NCBI GenBank assembly: GCA_964234715.1
Contig: OZ174275.1
Origin: Podarcis melisellensis
Lineage: Eukaryota
Direction: 5' to 3' (one strand)
Length of the DNA: 64,000 nucleotides
The position numbers and the translations under genes were made by a program. Positions 1 to 12,974 of the stretch are shown here, piece by piece. Positions within the stretch are counted from its first letter, which is position 1. The number at the start of each line of letters is the position of its first letter. Below the pieces are notes generated by a model, which worked only from the letters and a program-made list of their open reading frames with translations, was not told the origin of the DNA and did not search any database.

Positions 1-363
1 ATTGGCTGCTTGGCATGGGAAGTTTCCCAGTGCTTGGTCAGACAACCTGAGTAGCTGCACAGCTCCGTTTCCTCTAAGGCCAGTGTTGCTGGGATTGTTT
101 ACCAGCCTAGGAAGCCTTAAACAAACCCTGTGTGGGTGGGTTTGCTTACAGAGTGGTGATTGTGTGACCTGGGGTTGGACAAGCAAGCAAGAAAATGAGA
201 TTTTGAACCAATCTAATATTGTGCAACTAACCTGAAGAATCAATTTCTTCCCCTCATTTTATGTTCTCAGAAACAAACAAATCTCATAAATGTTGTCTGA
301 GTGTGTCCATAACTAACTAAAATGTTCCAAAGCATTCCACTGCACCAGCTGTGCCATTTTCTA

Positions 364-724
364 AAGGTAAAGGGACCCCTGAATGTTAAGTCCAGTCGCG
401 GGTGACTCTGGGGTTGCGGCGCTCATCTCGCTTTACTGGCCGAGGGAGCCGGCGTTTGTCCGCAGACAGCTTCCGGGTCATGTGGCCAGCATGACTAAGC
501 TGCTTCTGGTGAACCAGAGCAGCACACTGGAAACACCATTTACCTTCCCACTGGAGCAGTACCTATTTATCTACTTGTACTTTGACGTGCTTTCGAACTG
601 CTAGGTTGGCAGGAGCAGGGACCGAGCAACAGGAGCTCACCCCGTCGTGGGGATTCGAACCACCGACCTTCCGAGCAGCAAGTTCTTGGCTCTGTGGTTT
701 AACCCACAGAGCCACCCACGTCCC
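364..724 (-). mobile_element. Full-length Sauria SINE (tRNA-derived)
   Basis: Minus-strand head GGGACGTGGGTGGCTCTGTGG (A box)...GGTTCGAATCC (B box) and (ACCTTT)n tail. TSD tgtgccattttcta (350-363) / tgtgccaatttcta (727-740). Confidence 0.92.
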
Positions 725-1880
725 TATGTGCCAATTTCTAGGAAGGGCTTATTTCAATCAACTGAAGCTAAAAATCACAGTGCCAATTGCTGTAGTGGTT
801 TCAAACAAAAGCAGTCTCCATTAACCTCAATTTGTTTTTAATTTTTCTTTAGCTTATTTGATTTGGGGGCAAATTGGCAAACCATTTTCTAATATATTTT
901 GGTAACACTACATGTACTGTTTTTTGGAACCTTAATTAGTCTATCTACGACTGTAAGTTTTGTCCTTCCTGTTTATACAACATTGGTTTTTATATTAATA
1001 ATAGATGTATTTGCAGAATTGGGTATGTGGCAATGTTTATATATTACCCCACAGCTAGTTTTGCATATAATGAATGTTAAGATGTTAATTCCAGTGCATA
1101 ATCTGCCGCTTCATTCTGTTAGTGTTCTTTAATCAGTCATTGATCTATTTGAGGGTCTGTCCTCTTACCCTATAATGTTTTAAGTTTTCTTCAGCAATGC
1201 AAAAGGCCTTTGGTGAGAGATTTCGGTCAGATGATCATAGCTTTGACTTTGTAACTCTCATTCATTTTCATCTAGACTATATGGACATTAAGTATTAGAT
1301 CTCAGACTAGATTCCAAGCTAGTTTTCCCTTATCCTGAAGAACTTAGTTTACAATACATAATATTCTCCCAATTACTTATGGTATTACTTAAGGATATTC
1401 ATCTATGGAAATCTGGTGCATGCTAAACAAGATTAAATGAATCATTGTTATTTTCCATTGTCAGCTGAGACCATCTTGATGGAATTACAAAGTGTTATCA
1501 GTTCTCTCAAGATTGCTTAGTACCAGCTGCTGCATGGTTCCATTCCTCTTAAACAGCACAGTCCTTTGGCCCAACGCCTGCCTAATCATTGTTTAATGCT
1601 TCGAAAGATAGCATCTTTACATTTGAGGCAATCTTTCCGAGCAGTAACAATACTTACAGATTTGCATGTAGTTGAAATAATTGGAAAAATAAAAAAGCAG
1701 GGGGAAATGATGTGCAAACAACACTGCATTTTATGAAGCTGAAAATATACCATATACATAATCGAATTACAGCGTGAATGTGAGGAAGCTTAAAGATGTT
1801 TATACAGTAAGGCCCATGGTTTGTCAGGTTCACATGTTAGGGAGTGATTATTTTATTTATGTCTCAGTAATCAGTTTCTG

Positions 1881-1978
1881 ACTAAACTGCAGGAGGCAGT
1901 GGAAGACAGAAGTGCCTGGCGTGCTCTGGTCCATGGGGTCACGAAGAGTCAGACACGACTAAACGACTAAACAACAAC
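1881..1978 (+). mobile_element. 5'-truncated Bov-B (RTE) LINE 3' end
   Basis: ...ctggtccatggggtcacgaagagtcagacacgactaaacgactaaacaacaac tail. Perfect 12-bp TSD aatcagtttctg at 1869-1880 and 1979-1990. Confidence 0.88.
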
Positions 1979-2316
1979 AATCAGTTTCTGTGGAAAGATG
2001 CTTACAGTGTATATTGAAAATGGAAGTAAATATGGTCTTCAAATTTTAAAAGCAAAACGACTCGTTGCTTTGCCTTCAAAGCATAGTATCTGAAGGTGTT
2101 GAGGGAACGGGGGCGGGGGGGCATCATATCAAACATCCTACTACAAGGCATGCCTGTACATATCATCCTGAACAACCCACTTGATCCAGGGCAAAAGCCA
2201 TTCATTAAAAGCAGAAGAATGGGAGTAATGTGGCTCTTGTTGGTAGGCTATCAGCTTGATTTTCTACCACACCTGCATTGCCTTGCGGCACTAGTCCCAG
2301 CTGTTTTTATAAGAAA

Positions 2317-2410
2317 TTGTTTTAATAATTGTGGTTTAATGCTGTAAGCCACCCTAGGACCTTGGGATGAAGGGCAGGTAATTAATAAACATAATAAACA
2401 TAATAATAAT
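2317..2410 (+). mobile_element. L2-type LINE 3' tail fragment
   Basis: tgtaagccaccctaggacc...gatgaagggcagg followed by (taa)n-like tail, the recalled squamate L2 terminus. Confidence 0.55.
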
Positions 2411-2478
2411 ACCTCGGGGCAGTTGAGTTAAAAAATGCTTTATTAGTGTGAACTTCATTTCATTGCTGTAAAGCAAGT

Positions 2479-2528
2479 GGGGAGGGAGGGAGGGAGGGAG
2501 GGAGAGGGAGGGGGAGGGAGAGAGAGAG
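2479..2528. repeat. (GGGA)n/(GA)n polypurine tract
   Basis: Read directly. Confidence 0.85.
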
Positions 2529-3270
2529 TGTCTTGAGTTAGTTACAATAAATTGGATGCATGGCCTAATCAGTGGAAAGCTTTCTATCTAATGGAAAATA
2601 CTCTAGGATAATATTCCTATTTCATCAGTAAGTATCAAACTGAGTTTAATCACCAGCAGATTGCTGTACAATACCTCAATCACATTTAAAATGCTGTTGA
2701 GAAACAGGTAGAGGAATTATTCACTGAGATTTCAGCAAGGTTTGACATTCAGTATAGTAGTTCACAGGACCGTAAAACATTTGCAATGCAAACATATGGC
2801 TTTCATCCGAACTGGTTTTTTTCCAAACCAGGGGTTGTAGTTTAATACTAACTATGATCGGTTTCAGTACAAGCCAACTTGCTAGAACTGTCTTCTGGCT
2901 GCTGACTTCGTTCTGATAACTCCCTATGGGGCCAAGTTCATTGCTGCTGCTTTCAATACCCTGCATTCTAAAAGAAACTCATGGGAGTGCTTGAAACTGG
3001 CTTTGGGAGTCGCCAACTGCTACAGTGCTTGAAGTTGATTGGCTGTGAATGTAAGCAACCAACACTACTCTATTCAATTAACTTTCCTGATTGGCTAAGG
3101 CGTTGCATAAATAGAGGCTACATTTGATGCCCATAGCCATTGTGGCTTTCCTTGCCCACGCTGAAGGATGTTCTTCATTGGGAATTGCTTCAAGAAACTC
3201 TGGAGAGTTATGGAGATCAGGCCAGGTCACACTGATGCAGAATCTAAGCAGGAAGGAAGACAGACAGGGC

Positions 3271-3313
3271 AGTGAGTGAGTGAGTGAGTGAGTGAGTGAG
3301 TGAGTGAGTGAGT
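3271..3313. repeat. (AGTG)n microsatellite
   Basis: About 10 perfect units. Confidence 0.95.
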
Positions 3314-4214
3314 ACAGGCTCTGGGCTGCTTTTCTATGATGCCCCAAAGAGACCCTTACATGGTATGAAACCCCAAAGATCAAATTCAGCAAGGTACTTA
3401 AATGTGTGTGTAGCATTATGTACAAGAGCAGCCCCTAGGTAGGTATATGCTTGGCATAAGCATTTACTGTGGCATAAACATAATTGTAATGTGAATGGTT
3501 TAGCCATTGTCTGCATCAGTGGCAATTTGTTTAAGGTTATAAACTAAAGCTGTTAGAATTTCTGAAGTGAAACTTTCATCCAAAGAGAAAGAGATAAAAA
3601 AAGGGATGAAATTTGTAATTCCCTTTAGAAAAAGGGTTCAGAATCCAGAAAGCAGTACGTTATGGTACGTGACTTAACATTTTACTACATTGGGTTGGTA
3701 TTAAGGTGCATTAAACACTAAATTACATAAACCTAAAATCAGGGAGATAATACTGCTATGAGGCCTGAGGGACTTAAAGAGAGATGCATATAACCATTGA
3801 AGTTGTGTGATTAAACATTCCTTATAGACTCAAATGGCCTCCAGAGAAGTATATTTAAAGAATGGTGTAAGTTTCTAAAGAAGGCTGCCTATAGCTTTAA
3901 TGCCAAACATGCTACTTTTTCGAGGGGATGACTATGAAATAACTTTAAGTTGCTCTTTCTTAGTTGTGCCAAAAGCTACAGCTTACTAGTCACACACAAG
4001 AAGTAATTCTATATTAGTTAATTATGCAACAAAGTAAAAATAACATTTTCAATGTTGTTTGGATTTTCTGTGGGAGGGAACTGTTTTTTCTCTTTTTATG
4101 CCCATGAGGTATCATTTGAACTAGTCCCTGTTCACAGCCAAAAAGCTCCTGTTCAGAGAACACTCCTAATACAATGCTGGGACTCAGCTAGATTGGTAAA
4201 GAAAAAGCTACTTA

Positions 4215-4452
4215 CAGTGGTACTTCGGGTTAAGTACTTAATTCGTTCCGGAGGTCCGTTCTTAACCTGAAACTGTTCTTAACCTGAAGACCACTTTAGC
4301 TAATGGCGCCTTCTGCCGCCATGCTACCGGAGCACGATTTCTGTTCTCATCCTGAAGCAAAGTTCTTAAGCCGAGGTACTATTTCTGGGTTAGTGGAGTC
4401 TGTAACCTGAAGTGTATATAGCCTGAAGCATATGTAACCCGAGGTACCACTG
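4215..4452. mobile_element. Tc1/mariner-pogo (Tigger-like) MITE, family A copy 1
   Basis: TA|CAGTGGTACTTCGGGTTA...TAACCCGAGGTACCACTG|TA: terminal inverted repeats plus TA TSD. Confidence 0.9.
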
Positions 4453-4484
4453 TATATTCATTGTATGTGTGATATAACATTGTG

Positions 4485-4498
4485 CCACCAGATGGCAC
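4485..4498 (+). promoter_or_regulatory. Candidate CTCF site
   Basis: CCACCAGATGGCAC matches the CTCF core CCASYAGRKGGCRS. Motif only. Confidence 0.4.
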
Positions 4499-5271
4499 AG
4501 TGGAGTCCCATTTTTCTCTACCAGTTTTTCTTGTTTAAATTTACAACGCGTTTAACTGAAACGCTTCTTTGATATGTCTAGATCAGCCCTAGTCTCTTTA
4601 TATTTGATTTATATCTGGTTTATTCTCACATAATTGTTCAGGACTCAGTTACTAGACACATTTTATTATTATTTTTTCAAATACTTCAATATTCTCTGAA
4701 TGCACAGATTTTATATGCCTTCTGAAGAAAATCATACTGTGAACTTTGATTTCTTAGTGAAACCTGAAGTATGGTTAAAATATATGAACTCCAAGAAAAA
4801 ATTTTAGAGGCTCACTGATGCCAGTGGGATTCTAACTATGTGGGATGGTCATTGAATCATTCCCAACCTTTTGTTGTTTTGAAAAGCATTTGGCTCACAT
4901 CCAACAAGTGTATACATTGAAATGTGAAATTCATTGTCTACTTGTGTTATAGCAGTGATTATGACACTGAGTGGTAATTGGCGTTGATTAGTTAGTCAGA
5001 TCCATGTCTGCTGCCATCCTTATTTAATCAAACAAAGAGAATAATAAAAGCAACATGCAAAAATGAAAAAGAAGACTTCTGCCTATTGTAAAAAACCAAC
5101 CCTCAGGATATTACATCTGAACTAACTGTGGTACCCGTAAAGAAAAAGGAGAAGGGATAATGACATACAAATTTTGCTGCAATTTGATTTCATTCAGATT
5201 AAATAGCATGAAGAGCATATGAAAGGATACCTTTATTAGGCTAGCTGGAAGTAAACAGAAATCAAACAATG

Positions 5272-5335
5272 AGGCAATTGGAGAAGTTGTCTAGGGCTGT
5301 TGCAGAATCTCCTTGCAGGGAGGTTTTTAAAATGG
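5272..5335 (+). mobile_element. CR1 LINE 3' fragment
   Basis: ggagaagttgtctagggctgttgcagaatctccttgcagggaggtttttaa resembles the CR1 ORF2 end. Confidence 0.5.
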
Positions 5336-5439
5336 GAGGAGATGAGTTGAACGCTCCCCCCAGTCCAAATAGATATTGCAGAAGATTATTCGATGTGAAT
5401 CAAGATGGCCTTTATTTATATTGTATGCTAGTATACTTC

Positions 5440-5590
5440 TGCTCTCCCTTTGTATGGGTCTTCATCTTCAAGCTGAACTTCAGCCAGACAGCCCTTCCAA
5501 TAGAGGACACCTTCTGACTAGAGGACTGTCCTCTGACAGCCCTTCAAATGGAGGACTGTCCTCTGAAGAATAGGACACATGACCACCCAT
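5440..5590. repeat. Unclassified interspersed repeat; diverged inverted copy at about 11075-11200
   Basis: cttcaagctgaacttcagccagacagcccttccaata is approximately the reverse complement of tatttgaaaggctgtcgggtccaagtctagtttaaag near 11135. Internal gaggactgtcctctga duplication. Confidence 0.5.
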
Positions 5591-7133
5591 GCTTACAGCA
5601 CCGTAAAGATTTAGTGTAGCCCAGATTACCCCATACACGAAAACATAAACACCTGTTATTCTAAGTCCCTCAAGACTGTTGCTGTTTTTTTATCGGTGAT
5701 GACATTGCTCAAAGTTGTGCACCTGCAACTGTGGGTAACGCTGGCTGAATGAGTGGTGCAGCTACGTTAACTGGAGTATAAAGAGTAGGGGGGCTATTTG
5801 AAGGAAGAAAGTTTAAAGGCCTTAGAAGTTGGGAACCCAAACTACAAAGCAAGCGACTCCAGCTCTGGCACAGCAGGCAACTTGAGGGCCTGAGAGAGAC
5901 AGCCTAGAGCAAGAGCAGAATGGAAAGCTGAAAGATAAAAAGGCCCACATGGCTACTGCATGTAAAACACTATGAAGCAAAACTTCAATGGATTAGCTTC
6001 ACATGCCTAGTTTCCAGGAGGCCGGGTCATTATCAGATGAGAAAGTCACTCAAGAAAAAAGAGGCCAAGCTAAATTTCTGAGTGAAGTCAAGTTTCTCCC
6101 CTTGTGTTTGAAGGTATACAAAAAGGTTGGAAAGGGAGGGAAAGGAAGGGAGACTGCTTTGGCTGGAAGGTCACGTACATTATCTTTGTCAAACTGCAAC
6201 TCCATGGCTATGTTCTAGTCACTGGTGCTTTTGAAAAAGATTGGCAGTGGGTGAGCAACTGGAGAATGCACAGTAAGGATAGGGCTATAGACTCTTGCCA
6301 GTCTTTCATATTTCTTTTTAAAAAACAAAAAAAAGAGAGATGACATCCCATGAGGCAAAACATTCTCAATCAAGGGAATGGGATGGAGGCCTTTGAGGTA
6401 TAAAGACTTGGGCCTGAGCTCAGTGATTTCTGGTCGATTGAAAGATAATTTTTTCCTGATCAGGTGCTGGAGTGGGCAGAGGTGAGACCAAAAGCTGTGA
6501 TGTAACCTAAGGAGTATAGCTAAATAAATAAAAACTGAGAAAAATACTGCACTTGACCCCTTTCCCCTACCACTGTACAACTGGCTTGAAAGCAAAAGAA
6601 GGTCTAGCCATGTTTTTAAAGCATCACAGATAGAATTTTCTTTGAAATAGAGAATTCCTAAAAATGTTTCCTTCCAGCAACAAAACATAAGGCTACATTT
6701 TGGGGATATTTCTTCTTCTCTGACCCTTTCCTCCAGCTCTTGTAAAATATCATTTATCCTTTTTAGTCTTTATTAATGTAGCCTTGCATAGGGACTACAC
6801 AATAGTGTTGCGTCTAAGGGAGTGGTTAATTACTGCTCTTCAGTTCCTTGTAAACTGACGCCATCTAGTTATGTGATCAAGAGCTTGCCATAGATTTGTA
6901 TGTCCCCTTCCTATTCCGCTTCCCATTTCATGCACAATTTTCTCTTCCCATTTCAGCATTAAGGAGGATATAAATTTACATTTACACCAAACAGTGCTAA
7001 CATTTGTTAGCTTTAGGGCAGAGCCTCTTGAGAAGCCCACTCCTCTACTATGGAAATGGTTCAGGTGAGTGTCTCTGCAAATTACAGGCACAAATATAGT
7101 AATCGATATATTAGTATACAGTACACACACACA

Positions 7134-7350
7134 CAGCGGTACTTAGGGTTACAGACGCTTCGGCTTACAAACTCTGCTAACCAGGAAGTGGTTGCTCCAG
7201 GTTAAGAACTTTGCCCCAGGATAAGAACGGAAATCGTGCACCAGCAGCGCAGTGGCAGCAGGAGGCTCCATTAGCAAAAGCACACTTCAGGTTAAGAACC
7301 ATTTCAGGTTAAGAACGGACCTCTGGAACGAGGTTAAGAACGGACCACTG
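7134..7350. mobile_element. Tigger-like MITE family A copy 2 (inverted vs copy 1, rearranged right end)
   Basis: CAGCGGTACTTAGGGTTA...aggttaagaacggacc duplicated before CACTG. Confidence 0.85.
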
Positions 7351-8494
7351 TCATCAGGAAAGCCATCCAGAGGGAGCATAGTGCTTCCTGATTTGACTTT
7401 GTGGCATCTTCATGAATCTGATTAAATATCATTAATCAAGCATATTGATTAACTATCACCACTAACCTGACTACATATCATCATTGCTCCTGTGGACCCT
7501 AATTAGTCTGGATTGGCTTAGAAGAAGTCTTGCTGCATATTAGGGAAAGAAACAACTGAGGACATGTGATAAAGAGTAGGTGAGAGTTTGTATGTAAAAC
7601 CTTTCACTCCAAACCCCAAAATGCATCTCTAGTTTGCATTCATAAAACTTGAATATAGAGAAGTCCAATTTGAAGCTTAAGCATTAACATTGGCACACAC
7701 ATTGTTAGTTTGGGGTAGGGAGTTCGAAAACGTTAGTTCCAAAAGAATAGGAGAGGGGACAATTCCTGCATGGGAAAAGAAGAATAGGGCTGGGAAGGTC
7801 CACAGGACACTTATTTTAAACTTCTCTTTCAACTCATTATCTGTCTATTTATTGGCATTGCTCCATGTCTGGGCAAAAATACCCGTAGAAAAGGTTGTGC
7901 TAAAAATGCCAATTAAAGCTAAAACTGGTGATATTCGCTTTGTGCCCTGTGGATTACAGAAAGAGTACTTGTAGGTCACAAGTGCCACACAGGCTAGGGT
8001 AGCGAACACCATTGTCTTAAATAATTCATTGAAACGAAGAGAACATAATTAGCTTCACGGTGAGATGTTAATTGCTCACCTGTCATTCCCTCACATCATT
8101 TCTTTGGGATTCTCCTTCAAAGACTGTGAGCAACTCAATTTAGCCAGGGCATTCAGTGGATTGATGAGTGAGGACTATTGTAATTAAGCTTCTATTACAT
8201 TGCCCCTAATCAAATTAAGAGATGTCTATGACTTCCAACCAGATGGATTTTCAAGCCTCACCCCATCCCATTCTTGGCAGTTTTTAGGAATATGGTTATG
8301 TTCTGTTTGCTGTGTGGCCAGAAATTAATCAGCTGGAACACCATATGCCATTGTGAGATCAGCTGTGATGTGATGCTACCCAACAGGAGCTACAGGGAAG
8401 TTGGCTTGGGTGAGACCATTGCAAATTCATAAACTACACTTTTGGAACTCATGGAGGGCGTCTTGGAGCAGGGAAGCAGCAAAGAGCCCAAGTA

Positions 8495-8720
8495 CAGTGA
8501 TACCTTGGGTTACATACGCTTCAGGCTATAGACTCTGCTAACCCAGAAATAGTGCTTCAGGTTAAGAACTTTGCTTCAGGATGAGAACGGAAATCGTGCT
8601 CCGGAGGCGCAGCAGCAGCAGGAGGCCCCATTAGCTAAAGTGGTGCCTCAGGTTAAGAACAGTTTCAGGTTAAGAACGGACCTCTGGAATGAATTAAGTA
8701 CTTAACCCGAGGTACCACTG
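8495..8720. mobile_element. Tigger-like MITE family A copy 3 (inverted vs copy 1)
   Basis: TA|CAGTGATACCTTGGGTTA...TAACCCGAGGTACCACTG|TA. Confidence 0.9.
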
Positions 8721-8796
8721 TACTAATTGTCCCCTCCTCCTGCCCTGTCCCCATTCCAAATTCCTTTTCCCCCAAGCTGCTCCCCTCCCCCCAAAA

Positions 8797-8798
8797 CA

Positions 8799-8829
<31 letters not shown>
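8797..8829. repeat. (CA)n(GA)n compound microsatellite
   Basis: Read directly. Confidence 0.9.
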
Positions 8830-8935
8830 GGAGAAGAAAAATTTCAACCTTATGTCTTGTTGTTGCTCTGATTATTAATTTTTGTGTTCTTGAACAGTTC
8901 AGAAAATTCCAGATAACAAAGGGGATTGATACATA

Positions 8936-9197
8936 CAGTGGGTGCTCAGGTTGCGAACGTGATCCGTGCGGGGGGCACGTTTGCAACCCGCAGCGTTTGC
9001 AACCCGCAACCCGTGCGTCTGCGCATGCACGGGTCATGATTCGGTGCTTCTGCACATGCACATAGCGCGACTTAGCACTTCTGCACATGCGTAAGCGCTG
9101 AAACCCGGAAGCAACCCATTCCAGTACTTCTGGGTTTGGCGCGGTGTGCAACCCGAAATTGCGCAACTAGAAGCGTCTGTAACCCGACGTATGACTG
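8936..9197. mobile_element. TA-flanked MITE family B (CpG-rich, ctgcgcatgc internal repeats)
   Basis: TA|CAGTGGGTGCTCAGGTTG...TAACCCGACGTATGACTG|TA; imperfect TIRs related to family A. Confidence 0.8.
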
Positions 9198-9199
9198 TA

Positions 9200-9323
9200 T
9201 TAAGAGTGTTGGACTAGGACGTGGGAGACGATGCTTCCAATCCCCATTCAGCCATGAAGTCCACTGGCTAACTCTGGGCCAGTCAGTATCTCCCAGCCTA
9301 CCTTACCTCACTGGGTTGTTGTT
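9200..9323 (+). mobile_element. tRNA-derived squamate SINE fragment (Squam3-like, name tentative)
   Basis: agagtgttggactaggac...aatccccattcagccatgaag...gggccagtca...cagcctaccttacctcactgggttgttgt; same family as 38930 and 47097. Confidence 0.7.
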
Positions 9324-11549
9324 TCTTGGATCACTCTGTGTCACCAGTATCCTTACTGGTTTAACATCCTCTGTTTCCCAGAAGTGATCTATATATTAAT
9401 TCAAGTTTGTTCTCACGTTTCCTGCTTTACAGTTACATAGCTGTAGAACATTTACAGCAAACAGCTATTTGTGAGTGGAGTGCTATTGTCATATTGATAG
9501 AAACTGGGGGTGGGGTGGGGTGGAGGGTGGACAGACAACAAACCTGATACATTCTAGTTTCTCAACTACAAATTCAGATATCTATCTTAAATGAAGGTCC
9601 ACTGAAAACTGTAGCATCCTCCCAGGAGCCTTGCTAAATAATCACAGCAGCAGTCTGCAGGGGGCTGAAAGCTTCAACGACCTGTCAAACTAGATAGCTG
9701 GCTCTCAGTAGCAGACATCCATCAGCACCATTAAAAACTCTGGTGCTTTATACAAAACATGGAAATGGTTCAATTTTGCTGACTGCCATATCCATTTGTG
9801 GGCAATCAGAAAGAAAGAAATTAGTTACAGATGAGAACATTTTATATAGAACACAATAAGGAAAGGAAAGAAGGCGCCGTTGAAAAATACCTATAGAAGA
9901 AAGGAACAAATGTTGAAGCTCTCAAGTCAAAACCATGCCAGATGCAATGTGGGGTGGGGGAGCACAGCTTTTGTCACAACTTTTGTAATAAATACAAAGT
10001 AAGGAGGATGTAAATTAATTAGGCCAGTTATAGATATCTGAGGAAAAGGTGGACTAAGAAGAGTACATCTTTGTGTAATTGTGAGAAGGGGATACAGAGG
10101 GCAACTTCACACATTATCAGGAAGTATCGACAGAAAATGTATGAGTTATTCATAATCCTGTTTCTGTACTTCAGTGTTATGTAACATGCAGAGGAATGGC
10201 TCACAAATTTCTACCATGTTTCCTAATAATGTGCCAAGCCATCTCTGAACCTTTATTCTAGTCTATTCCATCTACCCTTTATCTCACAGCTGGTTTGCAT
10301 CTGGAGCTTTAGGGTCCCCTCCTGCCCATCAGCTATTCATGAGAATGGAACTGAGAGGAGAAAGTGCTGCTGATGTTGTGGAAAGTGTGCAATTTCAGTT
10401 CCTTACTCAGAAAGAAGGTCAAAGCACATGGGGAAATGTCTCAGCAGAGAGGTAGACCTGTGTTCGTTGCAAAAATATCTATTGCATGTATACAGTTTTC
10501 AGATAGAACAGGATCAAGCCACATGACTTCAGTTTTATGTTAACTTACCTGGGAGTAGGCATTACTGAACTCAGTGAGACTTTTTGGATTGTATTAAAGA
10601 ATACAGGGATGTCGCAACACACACAAATTCTCACACTGAGAATTTAATTTTTGACACATTTGCGAAAAGAAAAGAAAAGAAAAGAAAAGAGTTAACAATG
10701 TTTAACCCAGAAGTTCACCTGCAAACCCTGATGCACATGTTGTTTTAATTGATTGCGATAATGATTACTCAGTTGCCAGTGGCTGAAGGACTGCAGACCT
10801 GTCTGCTTTCAAAGTAGCAAGCCCCATGGACTCCTTCAGTTTCATTTATTATCACTGAGAACAAGACATATTTTCATTAGCTGTCTGCTGCATTTAAAAG
10901 CCTCCTGAAACAGAATAAACTCAACTTGATTGATGTTTATTAGCTAGCACATTGTAGGTTAAGCAGTGGCAAGATTGAATGTAAGAACTGTGGGCTCAGG
11001 TGAAGCAGGATCAGTCTTTCAGAATCAGATGAAGGTCAGGAAATTGTAAGCCTGCCTCAACATAGATCTGCCATCAATGGGACAGCCACGTCTCCTACCA
11101 TACAAAGGACGGTCTGGTGTTTGAAGGAGGCATTTATTTGAAAGGCTGTCGGGTCCAAGTCTAGTTTAAAGCTAAAGAGCCATCAGAAGAGGGGACAGGT
11201 CCTTGAAGTTGCCTCTCATCATTTAGCAGCTGGACAGCGGACTGAGCAGGCATACAGATCACCTGGCTTTCCCCACTGTAGAGAGATGTATTGTATTTCA
11301 ATTATGTACTATTTATTTCATAAAATGTATACACCGTTTGATTGTTAGAAAACCTCACATTTATTTAAAACATTTAAAAGATAAAAGCAACAATAAACTA
11401 AAAACACACGCCAACATTATTCATGTTTGGGTAGGAAGTAGGTTGCCAAACTCTGCTTTCCATATTAACAAGCTTTATTGAGATTAGGGGTGGATATTGA
11501 AGGGTTCGTTTAAAGTCCATTAACCAAGAAGCACTTCTTAAACCTGGCA

Positions 11550-11665
11550 CAACTTTATTACTACGGCTAATTAATTACTTTTTGCGAGTTCTGCCAGTGA
11601 GCTATTCCCAAGGTTTTTCAAATTATTTTGACAAAATTTATTCTTCCTTTGTGTGGCAGAAAGTA
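11550..11665 (+). mobile_element. Old L1-clade ORF2 fragment
   Basis: Translates LLLRLINYFLRVLPVSYSQGFSNYFDKIYSSFVWQK, resembling the L1 post-RT motif LP.L.Y.F..LP......F...DK....F.W. Confidence 0.55.
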
Positions 11666-12549
11666 CTACTAATTTTTGATGGATGTCAAGGTAAAGGTAA
11701 TCGATTATGATGATCCAGGCTGCAATTATATAAAATGGCTTTTGAGGCAGTGAAGAAAATTAGTGATATATGTGCACATTGGAAAGTTAATTCCTTAAAG
11801 TTATAAAGTACTCTCATGAATTTGAGTGATCTACAGGAATATTGCTGAGAATTCTAAGAGAGTTTACATCCAAGAAAGGCATCTTATGTTCATTCATGAT
11901 AAAAACAAGTATGCAGTTGCTGTAAATAAAAAAATCTGTTCAACAAAACATTCAAAACCTTCTGATTTTGTCAAATCTTTTGTCCCAATAAAAGGGATAT
12001 AATTGTTATTAGAGGAACTGGCTGGAAAGTTATCTGGTTAGGCACTTCAATCTTTACAAGAGATGGGTTTTATATGGTATTTTACAGTGCTATAAATCCA
12101 GTCCTGTTCTTATAAAACAGCTTTATTATTATTATTGTTAATAGATACTTGTGTTTTTATCAAATTTTGTTGCTAGCTGCTTTGCACTTTTAGAAAAGGT
12201 GGAATCTAAATGTTATAAATATGAAATGTGTAAAAGCTCCTTGACAAAAGGTTTAGTGCCCCACAGTAAATACAAAGTCTCATTTAAAGAATTTAAAGTG
12301 TCCCAACTATCTGATGTTGAAGCTCTCCATACTTAAGTGCCGTTGAACTCAGTGGAGGTTCCTTCTGAGAAGATACGCATGGAGTTGTAGTGTGAAATAC
12401 ACTAATTTTAAGTCTCTTTTTTTGTGTAAGGGTGACATTAATTTCATTTTAAAATGGTCTTTTGAATGCTCATGGAAACAGGCTCATGGTGAAAGGGGAG
12501 CAATTTAATTAAGGCTCAGGTTTAAAATAAAATAGATCTTGAAGATTCA

Positions 12550-12640
12550 TAGTGCAATCCTGTGCATGCTATGAGGTAGCAAGCCCCGCCATGTTCAAGA
12601 AGGGCTTAGTCTTAGGAAAGTGTGTCAGGGATGGCCATCT
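12550..12640. repeat. Short palindromic squamate MITE-like repeat (related copies at about 10545-10595, 12335-12392, 49490-49580)
   Basis: gtgcaatcctgtgcatgc...gcaagccccgccatgttcaag...ggcttagtcttaggaaagtgtgtcagggatggc; decayed version of the common 'gcaatccta...taggattgc' element. Confidence 0.5.
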
Positions 12641-12974
12641 CAGTGCTCTGCTGATAAAACCCAAAGACTCTTGTGCATGTGCCAAGTGCTTCCACGTGTG
12701 TGCTGGAGCTCTCTGAATTGCCCCAACTGGCAGGACTCAGGAAGGGGCAGACAGGCTACAGTATGAAGGAAGCTTTTTGGTAGTCCTTTTGACACATGCA
12801 CATTAAAGATGTTTCATTTATATGTATAACATGATTTTAATTTTGCCATATAAATTATTTCAAAGAGTGCTGAGAGAGACCTAGAGGGGTAAATTGTGGA
12901 ATGTCTCTCTTGAGATTATGATTGGCAATAGGCCATATTTGTGAATGAAAAGATTAACCCTATATGTAAAAGAT

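Noticed and set aside
3030-3115. Promoter-like ATTGG...ATTGG...CATAAATA arrangement
   Set aside because: Short motifs are expected by chance; no linked exon or LTR ends found.
6215-6688. 157-aa minus-strand ORF
   Set aside because: No recognisable domain; composition typical of translated AT-rich intron.
8723-9166. 147-aa and 112-aa ORFs
   Set aside because: They run across a MITE and a microsatellite and have no protein motifs.
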